Origin: Podarcis bocagei
Taxonomy: Eukaryota
Strand: one strand, 5' to 3'
Length of the DNA stretch: 64,000 nucleotides
Assembly (NCBI GenBank): GCA_964188305.1
Contig: OZ076885.1
Below, one piece after another: positions 10,670-23,400 of this stretch (its first letter is position 1; each line of letters starts with the position of its first letter). The translations under genes and the position numbers were made by a program. The notes under the pieces were generated by a model, which saw nothing but the letters and a program-made list of their open reading frames with translations, ran no database searches and was not told the origin of the DNA.

Positions 10670-11465
10670 TCATGACCTATTGTGCGATGCGCTTATCATG
10701 ATGTTGGGCAAGGCGTTGCGCCGCTTCTTCCAGGAGCCCAGCTCCCGAGAGTACCTCCGTATCTGCCTGAACCAGTGGTGAGTCCGTGCCTTGTCTCCAT
10801 CTCGGAACACAAAAGACTCCCGCCTGATCTCAAGGAGTTCAAACGTGTCGTCGCAGTCGGGATCCACAGAGACCACACAGTTGCTGAGTCTCAAGGGCTC
10901 CCTGAGCAAGCTGAACTTCCCATTGTTTTTGTCCCTAATCAGTACCAATACTGCATCTTTCACAGGCCCTGGCTCTCCGGGTTCAAAGCTAGACTCAGAG
11001 GCGCGTCTGATGTTGACCATGAGGAGCACTTGCATGTTCTGGAATTTTAAGGTCTTGCTGCCCTTTTTGACCCACTGCCCATCAGGAGGCTGGGCCAGCT
11101 GCAAGGGGCCTTCCATCACAAAGCGGGTTTCTTCCCGCAGCCAGCCCACAGTCTTGATAGCGGTTTCCCTCATTTCAATGTTAATGACCTCCCTGTTCTT
11201 CTTGCTGTCCTGGCGGAAGGAACGCAAAGTCCACGAGTTTCCTTCCTGCTTGGTCTTCATGTTTATGTGCTCCAGGTGGGACTCAATGCGGCTTTTGGCC
11301 TCCCTCAGGCTGCTGTGATCTGGGTGGTACTCAGTGGTGGCTTTGATGATGCGGCTCAGCAGAAGTGGGTACTTGGTGACTCTCTGTAGTGGAGCCATGA
11401 GGAAGGACCGCAGATTCATGCGGCGAAGAGCTGTGTTGTCGTTCTGGGAAACATTGAGGAAAATC
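10670..11465 (-). CDS. RhoGEF gene last exon: DH C-terminus, PH-like domain and tail
   Basis: Acceptor cctccctgcag|G; encodes IFLNVSQNDNTALRRMNLRSFLMAPLQRVTKYPLLL...WKKRRNALPNIMISASHNRS*. Confidence 0.94.
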
Positions 11466-14400
11466 CTGCAGGGAGGTCAAAAAATAATGTATTTTGTAAA
11501 CAGGTACAGGAAAACAGAAAAGCTTACACCGAGGCTCTTGTTCTTACATACACATGAGGCATTGTTATCTTTAATTAATTAACATTTACAAAGTAATTAT
11601 GACTTAAGATCCCAGAATATTATTGATATATACTGCTTTCCTGCAAAACCATTTACTTGATTTGCTAGACTCAGGAACATTTTTTATTTTTTTTCCGTTC
11701 TCAGGCTTTGTTTAATGCATCACTAAGGTAAGGTTCAATAGACTTGCTGTTGATATCTTAGCTGTTAAATATTACTAAATTTATGCAAGTGTAGACACAG
11801 GGCAGTATCTAGCATATTAGTTGCAATAGTGCAGGGAATGTTTTCACCCTCTCCTTGTCCTATGTGTCCTCTGTACCCTAAATCTGTTCTGAGGGTTCCC
11901 CCAGCCATCTAGAACGGATTTGGGGAGGAGGCTGGAGGTGCAGGGAGCACTCAGACACTGTACTGGGAATGTCACAGGTGGATGGGCACGGCCTTTCTAT
12001 TGTTCTGATAAAGCCCCAGTTGGTGATGTGCCTTTGTTGGTAAACTCCTCAGCTCTAGTTGATGCCATGTATCCTGGTGTAAGTGCCTGGTCATTGATGA
12101 ACCCCCCCCCCTCCCCAAAGCATACTTGCTCCAAGGGGTGTTGCTAAGTACTTAAAAGTATGGGCTCATAGACAAACTTTTTGCATATCTGAATTAATAT
12201 GTACAGATGCAAATTCAGAATTTTAATATTACAGACAATAAGCCCATTGGACACCCCAAATATGTTCAATTAACTTGCACCCCACTCCAGATCTGTCCCC
12301 TCTTCAATTAAATAACTCTCATTTTCCCAAAAGATCCTTCTCCAAATCCATTTAATCCCCTTACAATTGCCCCCATTCATTATTATCTCTAGGTGCAATC
12401 ATTTCAAATTCATTTATTTCCACAAATTTGTATCTTACTAACCCAGATGACATGCCCCTCCAACACACACCCAGTTAATCTCTTGAATACATTACCTACC
12501 CATAAATGCTCAGTACATTTAGGAAAAGATATGGAGTCTGTGCCCCAAGGCATATACTCCCTACCAGGCCTGTGCAAGGGGGCGTGGACAGCTGGGTACA
12601 CTTGCCCTGGGCCTTGGAGGGCTAGGATGACTGGGGGGCTCCACCAGGGGCCTGCAGGACTTATGGTGTCATGTCAAGAACAAGACTTCCATGCTGGGCT
12701 TCATACAAGCTCTGAATGGTCCTGCTACCAACCCAAGATTAAGAGGTCTCCTCACCTGAGTAACTCCTTCTCTTTTTCCAGTGCATTGAGCATGTTCACT
12801 GAAGATGACTGCTGGAGGCAGTATGTCTGGAAGGCAGGCAGCATATTGACAAATTCCAGGAATATCTCACCGATGCACACAGTCATGAGGTCATCATCGC
12901 CCTGCCGACACACAACACACAAGGCAATGCATCAGCCAGAGACGTGGAGGTACCAGAGGCCATTAAAAGCCACCTGCCTAATATTCAATTGTGGCAAATG
13001 TGCTGGAGTGGAGCTGGTGACATTGGTGTCTCTGCAGTTTATGGAGCTGAGGTGTGTCAGGGCAGCAACAAAGGCAGGGCTGTGTGGACATACCAGCAGG
13101 AGGAACAGATTGGTGTCCACACAGCCCTGACCGCATCACCGCCCTGCCCCGTCCCAGCCCTGCCCAGGTAATATGCAACCCAGACCTACCACCTTGACTG
13201 CAACTGCTAATATAATTACAAGGTGATCTTGGACTACACGTTAGCAAAACACCTCATGATAGCTGTTTCAACAGTGAGTTTCTATTGGCCACGTTTCCCA
13301 TAAACTACAGCTTGAATGCATTCTGAATAATTAAGCTCTTTCCGCACTGAAAACAAGCAAAAGTGCTACACGTTTTTCCTTGAACCTAAACCAGGAACTG
13401 CTAACTTCTGCACTCTATTCTCCAAACAGTGGCCCAAGCCCAGTCACTAGGAATCACAAGGGAGGAAAATGCTGTTATACTCAGCTTCTGTTTGTGAGCT
13501 TCCTATGGGCATCTCATTGGCCACTGTGAGGACAAGATGGTAGGTGAGATGGGCCTTTGGTTTGATCTAGCAGGGATCTTTTAATGGTTTTCTACTGACT
13601 CTGGTAGAACATTAAAAGTGTATGCAAATACAATGCAAAAGTGATTAATCTCAGCTTGACAACCATGTTGTTATTCCCTTCCATGTCTTTTAATGATTTA
13701 CTCTACTGATGTATATTTTTAGAATCTGTTACATTTTGATTCCTAATTAAAAAAAGATAAAAGTATTTCACAAAAGACTATTGCAAGACCATTCCCCCTT
13801 TTTTGCCAGCATGAGGTGCTGTAGCACAGAGGCTCAGTTATGACACAGAGTACTACACTATTGCTGAAACAAAAACAAACATTCATAATTAAGGAAACAT
13901 GCCATCCAACTTAAATGGTTTGCTGAAATCCATTAGCAGACACCATCCTTGTAAGTTAAACTGGATTTCAGTTGAATTTCATGGATTAAATCTGCACTTT
14001 TGAGGTTTTGAAACTGGAGACTGTACCACCCTATTCCCCCCAAAATTTCAACCCCATATATGTCAAAATAGAACGCTCAACATCTGAACCCTTTAAACTT
14101 ACTGCATTAAAATTTGCATGCATGCACACAGATTTCTACGAAGTAGTGCAATGCAAATTTTGCATATATGATTTTGAGTTCTAAATTAATTTTAAAAATT
14201 GTGACTGGCAGAGCTGGAAATGACTCATAGGATCTCTTTTACGCCTTTGGTCTTATTCCCGAGCTCTTCTATTATCCTTGATTTCCCTCCTTGGCTCCCC
14301 AGCATCTTAAAAAGTTCAACTACATCTCTGACGCAGTGGATAGCATTATCACATTTCCCCATTTTGGATGATTATATCTTGGCCTAAAAAGACACAAACC

Positions 14401-17400
14401 TTTTGCCCGCTTGCACCACCAGCATGCAGTCCCTGGAAGGTCAGCTACGAGGAAATACAACCCTTGAACTGAAAAAGGTTCCTTGACCCTCGTCCAGGCT
14501 GGCTGGGAGTGACCCCCAAGGGTTTCACACAAGACTCTTTTCCAACCCTACCTGGGAGATGCCAGAGATCAAACCTTGAACCTTTGTATATAAAACATGA
14601 CCTCCGACACCAGGAAGAATCCCTTTCCTGCCTACTTGTCCATATACCCAGTACTGTCTTCTCCGATGGCCCTCTAAGGCAGAGGGTTTTCACTGCACCT
14701 GCTATCTGATCCTTCCCCTTCCCTCCCTTTTAAAAATGGCTAAGTCAGAGACTGAACCTGGAACTTTCTGCATGAAAAGCATGTGTTCTCCTGCTGAGCT
14801 CTGGCCCTTCCCCAAGGCGATTATCCGGCCTTCAAAATAATACTCTCTCCCGCATTTGACTTGCAAAGTTCAACAACAGGGCGCAGAGCCGTGTGCCGTA
14901 CACAGGGTGCTAGTCTGTAATAATGAACCATCAAGAACTGCTGTTCCAGCAAATTATAAGTAACCTTGAGTACGTTCAAGAAAGAGCCAGTTTGGAGCGT
15001 GGCTCAAATAACACTTAAAGGATTTAACTAGCCTTGCGCCTGTTCTTGGCCACCGGCAATTGTTGGCAGCCAAAGCCGCTTTTAATTGCTCTCCTGTGGG
15101 CAAGATGGGCTTCTTTGAATGCTGCTGTAAAAATTAATTTCATGGTAAAAGGGTGTTTTGTTTCTTTCAGAGCCCTTAATAAAGCACAGGCCATAATATA
15201 AATACACAGCGGCGTGTAAATGCCATTCGCTTTGCTGAGGTGCTAGCGCAACCGTCTGCCTGCCAGCATTGTTTTCCTTCAGCCAATGGAAATGCGGTAA
15301 TATTTGGAACTGATGGTAGGCCTCGCTGCGCAGCAAACTGAAAGTGCTAAAGGGGCAATTCCACATGTCATAAAGCTAGCCCCATACTGGTCTGTTCAGG
15401 AGCACATGGGGCAAAGGGACTCACGGGGTAAGGCAGCCTTCCCCAGCCTGGTGCCTGCCAGATGTTTTGGACTACAACTCCCATCACCCCTTACCATTGG
15501 ACATGCTGGCTGGGGCTGATGGGAGCTGTAGTCCAACAACACCTAGAGGGCACCAGGCTGGGGGAGGTTAGCAAAGGGATGCATGCATCGCAGGGGGCTT
15601 TCTTAGGTGATTCTATGATTCTACAAGGCACAAAGGATTTTTGAGATGCTTATCCACCAAGTGGTCTTGAATTCACGTAACTTGTCAATCACAAAGAAAC
15701 ACAGGCGACTTATGGTAGACTGGGGGCATCCAATCAGAGCTGAGGCCTTCTTCCCTAATCTAGAGGCAGATGTTTTCTCACACAATTGAAATGACAAAAA
15801 AATAATTAAAAAGTTGGTACCCTTTGGAACAAGAGCACAGGGAAGCTGCCTTATACCAAGCCAGACCAACTAGCTCAGTACTGTCTTCTTTGACTGGTAG
15901 CATCTCTCCCAGCCCTACCTACACGCAATGCATAGGCTCTTACACTCAGCAATGGCCCCTTCCCTCTTTCAGCAGCTAAAATGAGTCAGACAGAGGCATA
16001 CCCATTCTCAATTCCCTTACCTGCTCATTAGGCATTGTGCCTTTCTAATGAGTGGCACAACCTTTGAGTGCCATAGTAACAAAGCTACAGTGGCAAAAGT
16101 AGCTCATTATAACTGCACAGGGAAAGGGAGAAGAAATCTGAGACCACACACGCACACACTACCTGCTCAAAGGCCTGCTCAATCTCTTCTTGAAGGTACT
16201 CCAGGAAGTTTTCGTTGAGGTCAATGAGCTCCTGTATGTTGCCGAAAACCACCAGCAGCTGGTCCTGTGTTAGCAGGCCAGCAGCTTGCATGGGGAGGTA
16301 GAACTCTTCCTTGATGATGCGCAGGTCCTCCCCGTAGCTGGTTTCAGTGTTGACAAACTCCAGCACCGACTCCTTCCGCTCCGTCCGGCACTTCAGGCAC
16401 TTCTCGCAGAGGATGGCCCGCCTCTTGTTCTGGTTCTGGACATCCGTCTCCAGCGGGAAGTGTCTGCCCCCACAGTCGGTGCAAGGCTGGTGGGCCTCCC
16501 AGGCCTGCAGAGATGCCAGCGTCTCCGACGCCTTGCTCCTCCACTTCCTACTCAGCACCTGGCTGATGCCGCTGTCTGCCCGCTCCATCTCAGCTGACCT
16601 CATCCTTGGCACCCCTCCACTGCTGGCATCGGCACTGTCCCTCTCGTCACTCCCGCCAACAATGCCGCTGTCGGCGCTGAGACTGCTGACGTTGCTCCAG
16701 CGGTGTTTGGAACGAAAGGAGCCGCCCAGAATGCCGTGGTTCTCATCAACGTTGCTGCTGTAGTTGAGGTTGGCTTTCGTCAGCACTGGGCCTGAGCAGG
16801 GGGGGGAAATAAAATAAATCTATTTGTGGAACCTTCCCATTGTTTTGTTCCTCAGCCCTGTTCATCCAACAGTAAAAAGCTTGTCCTGTTTTGTTGTGTT
16901 TTTCTCCTTGTGACCAGGAAGGATTCTGCAAAGTACCTGAATACAGAGACAGGGAGAACCTAGTTCTTACTGATATGTTGCTACATTCTGGCATTTTCAT
17001 ACATACATAAAGATTTTCTTTTTCTTCATGCTAAGAAAAGCTTGACCTGATCGCTAAGCATGCTCTTAAAGGTACAGTAGCAGGTCATCTTTAAAAAAAA
17101 AAAAAAGACAGAAACCCTCCTTGTATTGTACTGGTTAAATTGTCCATCTAGCCTAATGTTATCTCCAAAGCCTTGGTCAAGGTTTCCTCAGCCTTGCCTG
17201 CTGAGATCCTTTAAATAGACCTAGACAACTCTTGACCCACCAATATATCCCGCTGGCTACATTGCTTGCTGGGTGCTTCTATATATTTGCAACCCCCCCA
17301 AAAGTAGAGGTTTATCAAATTCCTGGTGGGCCACAATGCACAACTGTGTTTAGTCTCATGGGCCATAAGCTAGCAGGTCTACTTGACAATATGCAAAGAA

Positions 17401-20400
17401 CATATTCTGCTTCTGAGTTACACTTCTCTCTTTAATTCAACAGCTAGGGAAGGATGCTCTCATTTAGAATTTGGCTCAGGTGTGTTGGAAGGAACAAGCC
17501 TGTCCTAATGAACTACGCAAAGAACAAGCGGAAGCCACCTATTGACGGCTCCATCTGCTCAGTATACTTGCAGAACAATTGTTCCAGGTTCTACTCACCT
17601 TTTGCTATATCATGCATGAAGTCAAAGAAAGCACTAGATTGAAGCTTAGCTCATGACACTGCCTTACCTTTGCATACCCCCTTTCCTGCATTTGCCAAGA
17701 GCCAGTTTGGTCCTGTATGGGCCCAATCCAGGCTATTGGCTGTTGCTATGAATTGTACAGACAGAAAGCACACTGGAGGAGGAGCTGCTACTGTATTCCC
17801 CCTCCTCTGGAGGGACCCTGGAATAAGAGGCTACAGCCGGCTGCAAACATAATCCACGGCTGTTGAGTGGGAGATGTTTGGAGGCTATCTCTCTGAATGA
17901 TGGCTGCTAACCTAATGTCAAAACACATCCAGAACTATGAGTGACATGGACAGACCCTGCAAATCACACACAAAGCAAAAGGCAAGGGGGGCATACTGGA
18001 GTCTCTCTCTTGCCGGCGCTTCTGGGCATGCTGCCGTGCTGCTGCAGCAATCTTCAGCTCCAGTTGTTTTCTCTTCACAGCATCTGTTGGCATCGGATCA
18101 CTGAAATGAGGCCGCAGCCGACACTCCCGTTGAGCTTTGGTGCAGTCCGAAGTTTCGTAGGAGATGTCAGAACTTGATCGGCGGCAGTTGGGGCTGGAGC
18201 TCTGGAAGAAAAGCAAGGGGTGGTTGTGGGGAGAAGTTTCTACTAAACAATATATAAGATACTTAAATAAGGTAAAGGTAAAGGTACCCCTGACCATTAG
18301 GTCCAGTCAGGACCGACTCTAGGGTTGTGGCGCTCATCTCGCTTTATTGGCCGAGGGAGCCAGCATACAGCTTCCGGGTCATGTGGCCAGCATGACTAAG
18401 TCACTTCTGGCGAACCAGAGCAGTGCATGGAAACACCGTTTACCTTCCCACCAGAGTGGTACCTATTTATCTACTTGCACTTTGACGTACTTTCGAACTG
18501 CTAGGTTGGCAGGAGCAGGGACCGAGCAACGGGAGCTCACCCCGTCGTGGGGATTCGAACCGCCAACCTTCTGATCGGCAAGTCCTAGACTCTGTGGTTT
18601 AACCCACAGCGCCACCCACATCCCTTGAAGATACTTAAATATACATGGCCAAATCCGACACCCAGCGCCCACTACCTCTAAAACCGTTGTTTCTCCTCAT
18701 ACCTTTCTGGGGGGGGGGCAACATCCTCACTCAAGAAAGGAAGCAAAATATGAGCTGTTAGTGTTACATTGAACACATGTTCATGAAATCTGTGTGCAGC
18801 TGTTTAAATATGCACATAGTTTAATATTGGGGTGTCAGCAAGCAACATGTCTATTTTATCGGGCTGTATGGGAGAGTTGGCAGGATGGGCAACCATATGT
18901 GGACAGTGTATCGCAGCAGCAGCTTTACTCCAATTAAGATGGCAACAGCTCTCTTTCCCCACCAACCACTGTTTGCAATCCAAACCCAATGATTTGGATT
19001 TGTAAGTGCTAGACTGAGGATGAAACGGGCATTCCTCCCCATGCCTTTCCTCACACGCTTTCTGAAGGCTGGAACTTTATGTCTATACTACATAGTTAAA
19101 CAACTTTCCAACTGGTTTCATTGTTTTGGGTCATGACCAAGCGATCAAGAAACACTTTTCCGTGAAGAATCTACACAGATTACTCTGAGCACCCTCACGC
19201 AGCTGTGGTTCACCCAAAGCTCCAGTTGGGTGAAGCTAGGATAATAAAACAACTCTCAACCCAATTTTAAAATATTGTGGGCCCGATCCAGCTAACATTA
19301 TGTGAACAGGTCCTATTGAAAGCAATGGAGAAAGTTAATCTCCAGTTCCATTGCTTTCAACGGTATTTTGGGCCACTCCCGATATCATTCTTATTGTGCA
19401 CATGTGATGATTCATATTCATGCTGGTATCGGGGCGGTTATCCACAATCCCGCTTTCAGTCGTTTGCACCTGTCATCGTTCTGAGGTAAACATACTTTTC
19501 AATTGGTGCATGTCCTGTAGCTTCCTGTTGAAACCCTGTAACTTTTCATATCTCAAATGTCTCAGGTTTTTTGTTTTGTCCTGCATTTGTTTTGCTACAG
19601 AGCAAGATTATCCCTCCAGACAGGAATCATGCAGTAACACTGGGGAAACATTTGCAGAACAACTGATAAAGCAGAATAATCATAGCTGTCAACTTTTCCC
19701 TTTTCTTGCGAGGAATCCTATTCGGAATAAGGGAATTTCCCTTAAAAAAAAGGGAAACGTTGACAGCTATGAGAATAACGTGTGGACAGTCCAGCGTCAA
19801 TCCAACACAATTGCACTAATACTGCATGAATGACACACTATGGAATACACCTCCAAAATGCACCAGTCTGGAGGGGCCCTTAGTCACATGTAACTTTAGC
19901 TAGATTTGTACGGTAGTGTTGATGTGCCTTAGGTATCTTCATTCATTAGCTTGTTCCTCGCAGCCACCCAGAAGCAGGAAGGGTGAGATGGGGTGCGGGA
20001 AAACAGGAGAGAGAGGGGGGGGGAGAGAGAGGTAGAAGAAGGGAGGGAGGAAAAAGCATGGAGAGAAGAGCCAGAAGAGTATTGGTGACAGGGGTGCAGA
20101 ATAGCTGAGAGCTGTCATAGAAAGTAAAGTTACAGCTCCCTGACCCAACACTTCTGAAACCCCTTTCTGTTCCAGGCCACACAACTCACGGTGGGTTGAT
20201 GCGAGTCCTCCACAAAAGTGAGGTCATCCTTCTTAAGTTCACAGAATCCTTTGGAGGGAGTCTCAGGAGTAGCATCGCCACTGCAGCTGTGAAAAAAGGG
20301 ACACCACCCCAATTAATGTCCTGCACAAACAGCAGTCCAGAGCCAACTCCATGCGTTGAGAGGAAAATGCATCTTGAAAGCTACAGTGTATTATTCTACA

Positions 20401-23400
20401 GGTCTTCTACCTTGCGGAGTCAAAAGCACCTCATATCTTCTTTCTCTTACATATGCCATTCCATAAATGCACTTCTACTGATGCAGCGGATAATAGGGTT
20501 GTGTGTGTGGCTTTTTTAATGAAACATGTTTGTAAATTTAAAGGGTTGCCCCGCCTAATATTTCTGTATAAAAGCAGCATCTAAAGTGCATGAAATCTTT
20601 AAGCTTCTTGTCCCTCTTAGTTGTTTTATTTGCACTAAGATAGGAGACAACTTTCTGTTCTGTCATCAGAAAGAAAGTGCTCCCCTAAATTATCAGATAC
20701 CATGAATAATTTCTCATTCATAAATGATGAGGAAACTGTATATCCAAGCCCCAAGGGAGGGAAGAGAGAGGACAAAACCTAGTCACACCCACATATAGGA
20801 TTAGCGGTGGCAGAAACAATATTTAGCATTTACGTAGCTCACTTGAAGTGTTCACTATACTCGGCACACAAATATGAATGGGTGAAGGGGTTTAAGACTT
20901 CCAGGTGTCAATCACACACAAAAATGCATGCTTTGCTTATTTGATATATTGCATTTGGGGATCTTGTGAATCATCAGGAGACTGCAGTATCCTTCTGCCT
21001 GTGTTAAAGAACTGTATACCATTCTAGATAGTTGCCCTCTAGGCAACCCTTCATACAAAAATGCAAAATACATCTTTTAAAATAAATATTCCCTGTGTGG
21101 CCCATCACACATTTCCTCACAAATATACAGTGAATCTTTGGTTACTATGCTGCTTCATATAGCATTTTTAAAATAAAAAAATTACATCATCTAACAAAAC
21201 AACAACAGAGTAACTATACCAACTCTGGATAGTGACACTGGATAATATCTATATACTGTACATATTATTCCTGTGGCTTGGCTCACTTTCATGAATCACT
21301 TTGTAGTATCTGATATGAAGACAGCTCAGAGGTGTGTGACTTGTTCACTCCTGCTTTCAGCTTGTGGCACAGTGTTCTGAATTGATCTGTAAGGAGCTGG
21401 TGCATGGATAATCCTGCCTTGTGGGGAAGAAAAGGGAGGTTGGAGTCCATGCCAGTTCGGTGTTCTCCAACTCTATGGCTCTGCCTAACTGGGATGACAG
21501 CGCTTTCTGCCCAACAATGTTATACACACCGTGGACAAAATCCCAGTTTAGAATGCAGCTAGCTTGTTCTATTTCTCAACTGACGCTGGTTTAGAAGGAA
21601 ATGCATCAAAATGCAGTAAAAGTATCTCCCCGCTTATGCATGTTCGACTCTCGCGTGGCCATGTATGTACTCGGTGCAGGGAAACAATTAAATAAATAGA
21701 TTTAAACTTCAAAAAGGCAAGAAAAAGGCAAAAGCAGTCCTAAAAGAGCACAAGAACTGCAAAAATGGTGTGAAAAGAGCAGAAAAAAATGCTAGCAATC
21801 CCAGGAGCCTTTGCAACTGCAATCTCATGAGCCTTTGCACCAACCTTTGAGTTGAGTTTGAGAAAGGAGGTTTGGAGGGAGCTATTGTGGTGGAGTTTGG
21901 CATGTTTTGGGTGGCGCTTGGCGGTGAATGTGTTTACAAGATTTAGATGTGGCTAATATTCTGTGTGCCCTGCTTCCCAAACCAGCTGTGGAAGTACACT
22001 GGATGCAGAATAAACAGAACTGTGAACACCACCTCACTTTTCCAGAGAAAGAGAGTAGGTAGGTATTTCAGGTGATATGCAAAATGGCAAATTATATTAA
22101 AACTACTGGGAATTTTCCTTTGTAGGAAGTTATTTCTCTTTATATTCAAGAAATCATATACACACAGTTCCATATTTATTGGATACTGGAGTGCTCTTAT
22201 CTGTACATTAGTACTCATTCTATATATTCTCTCAACTGCCTCTTAGCCAACTGTTTTTGCATCTATTCTATCTCTTTCTCCCAGGTGAGAGTGATTCTCC
22301 CATATGGTATTAGAGCAAGGAATTTATGTAATGGAAGGTTTCTGGATGGGGAAAAATGTACATAATGGTACGGCAACTATTTGTGGCTGAGGTGGTTCAA
22401 TCAGAGATGTGCCTAATTCGAATGAAGCTAGGATGATCAGTATATGAGGTGGGTGTTGTTTTTGTTTCTGCTAGACATGGTAACTGGCTTCAGTTTTTGG
22501 AGAAGGGTAGTCCATTTGCCTGCTTCACTGGAAAAAAAAATTGTTCCCAAGGCTCCACCCTGTTTACTACCTCACTGCTGCAGATCCCAAATGGTCCAAC
22601 TTCATCTTTGATTTTATTATGGAACCATCTTTATCCACCTCTTAAATCAATGAGCAATACTTCAATCTTGAGGCACCCTGCCATCTGGCATTCCTTCATC
22701 GTCTCTACAAGCTGGGCCTTTCTGTTATGGCTGAATTTTTCCTCTTCTCACTTTCCCCACATCATCCTTGACATTGGCTGCTGTTTTGACCTTGAAAGAA
22801 AACAATATTTTGCCCAGCAACTTTATGCACTTTAATATGCTCAAATCCAAATATTTTCCTTTTTTATTTTTTTAACCTTGGGACTTTTCTTTCCTTAACT
22901 GCTTTCTCTGTCATCGTAAAATTTTTGCCTGTCTTTATTTAATTCCTTATATACTGGATGCTCTGATTTCCTGCCCATTCACTGACATGGCTATTAATAA
23001 TGCCCTAGGTTTTCATCTTTCTCTGTCGTCAGATTCCTCAGAAAGCCTGGTAAACACAATTCACAATCAAAAGGTAAAACAGGTAATAAATCAGGATCTC
23101 CTTTCAATCATGCTTTCAACCATTTCTTTTTTGCTCAAGTAAAAAAAAATGCTCTACAATTCATGACAGGCTTTAGATTATTCCATGAAGATAAAACACT
23201 ACAAATTAGAGGCTCAGAATTAAAACATTAAGCTGCTTATAAATGTGCTGAGTAAATTACATTTGGAAGAAAGTTCAGAAATAAGGGGCAGATGTGTTGC
23301 ATGTAATTCAAACACACACACAAAATTCCAGCAGGATCTTAAGAAGCCAATGACAAGAATAACCCAGGAAGTCTTCCACTTCACATGAATGAACGCTAAC

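Noticed and set aside
10682-11582. + strand ORFs 10682-11050, 10791-11318 and 11334-11582
   Set aside because: Antisense shadows of the RhoGEF last exon.
12393-13130. 245-aa + strand ORF
   Set aside because: GTG start, no recognisable domain, and partly the antisense shadow of the 12756-12901 exon.
16286-16763. + strand ORFs 16286-16597 and 16347-16763
   Set aside because: Antisense shadows of the DH-encoding exon.
22550-23050. - strand exon-like segment (EHPVYKELNKDRQK...)
   Set aside because: Many stops in the frames I read; more like an old LINE remnant than a RhoGEF exon, and the gene model closes without it.
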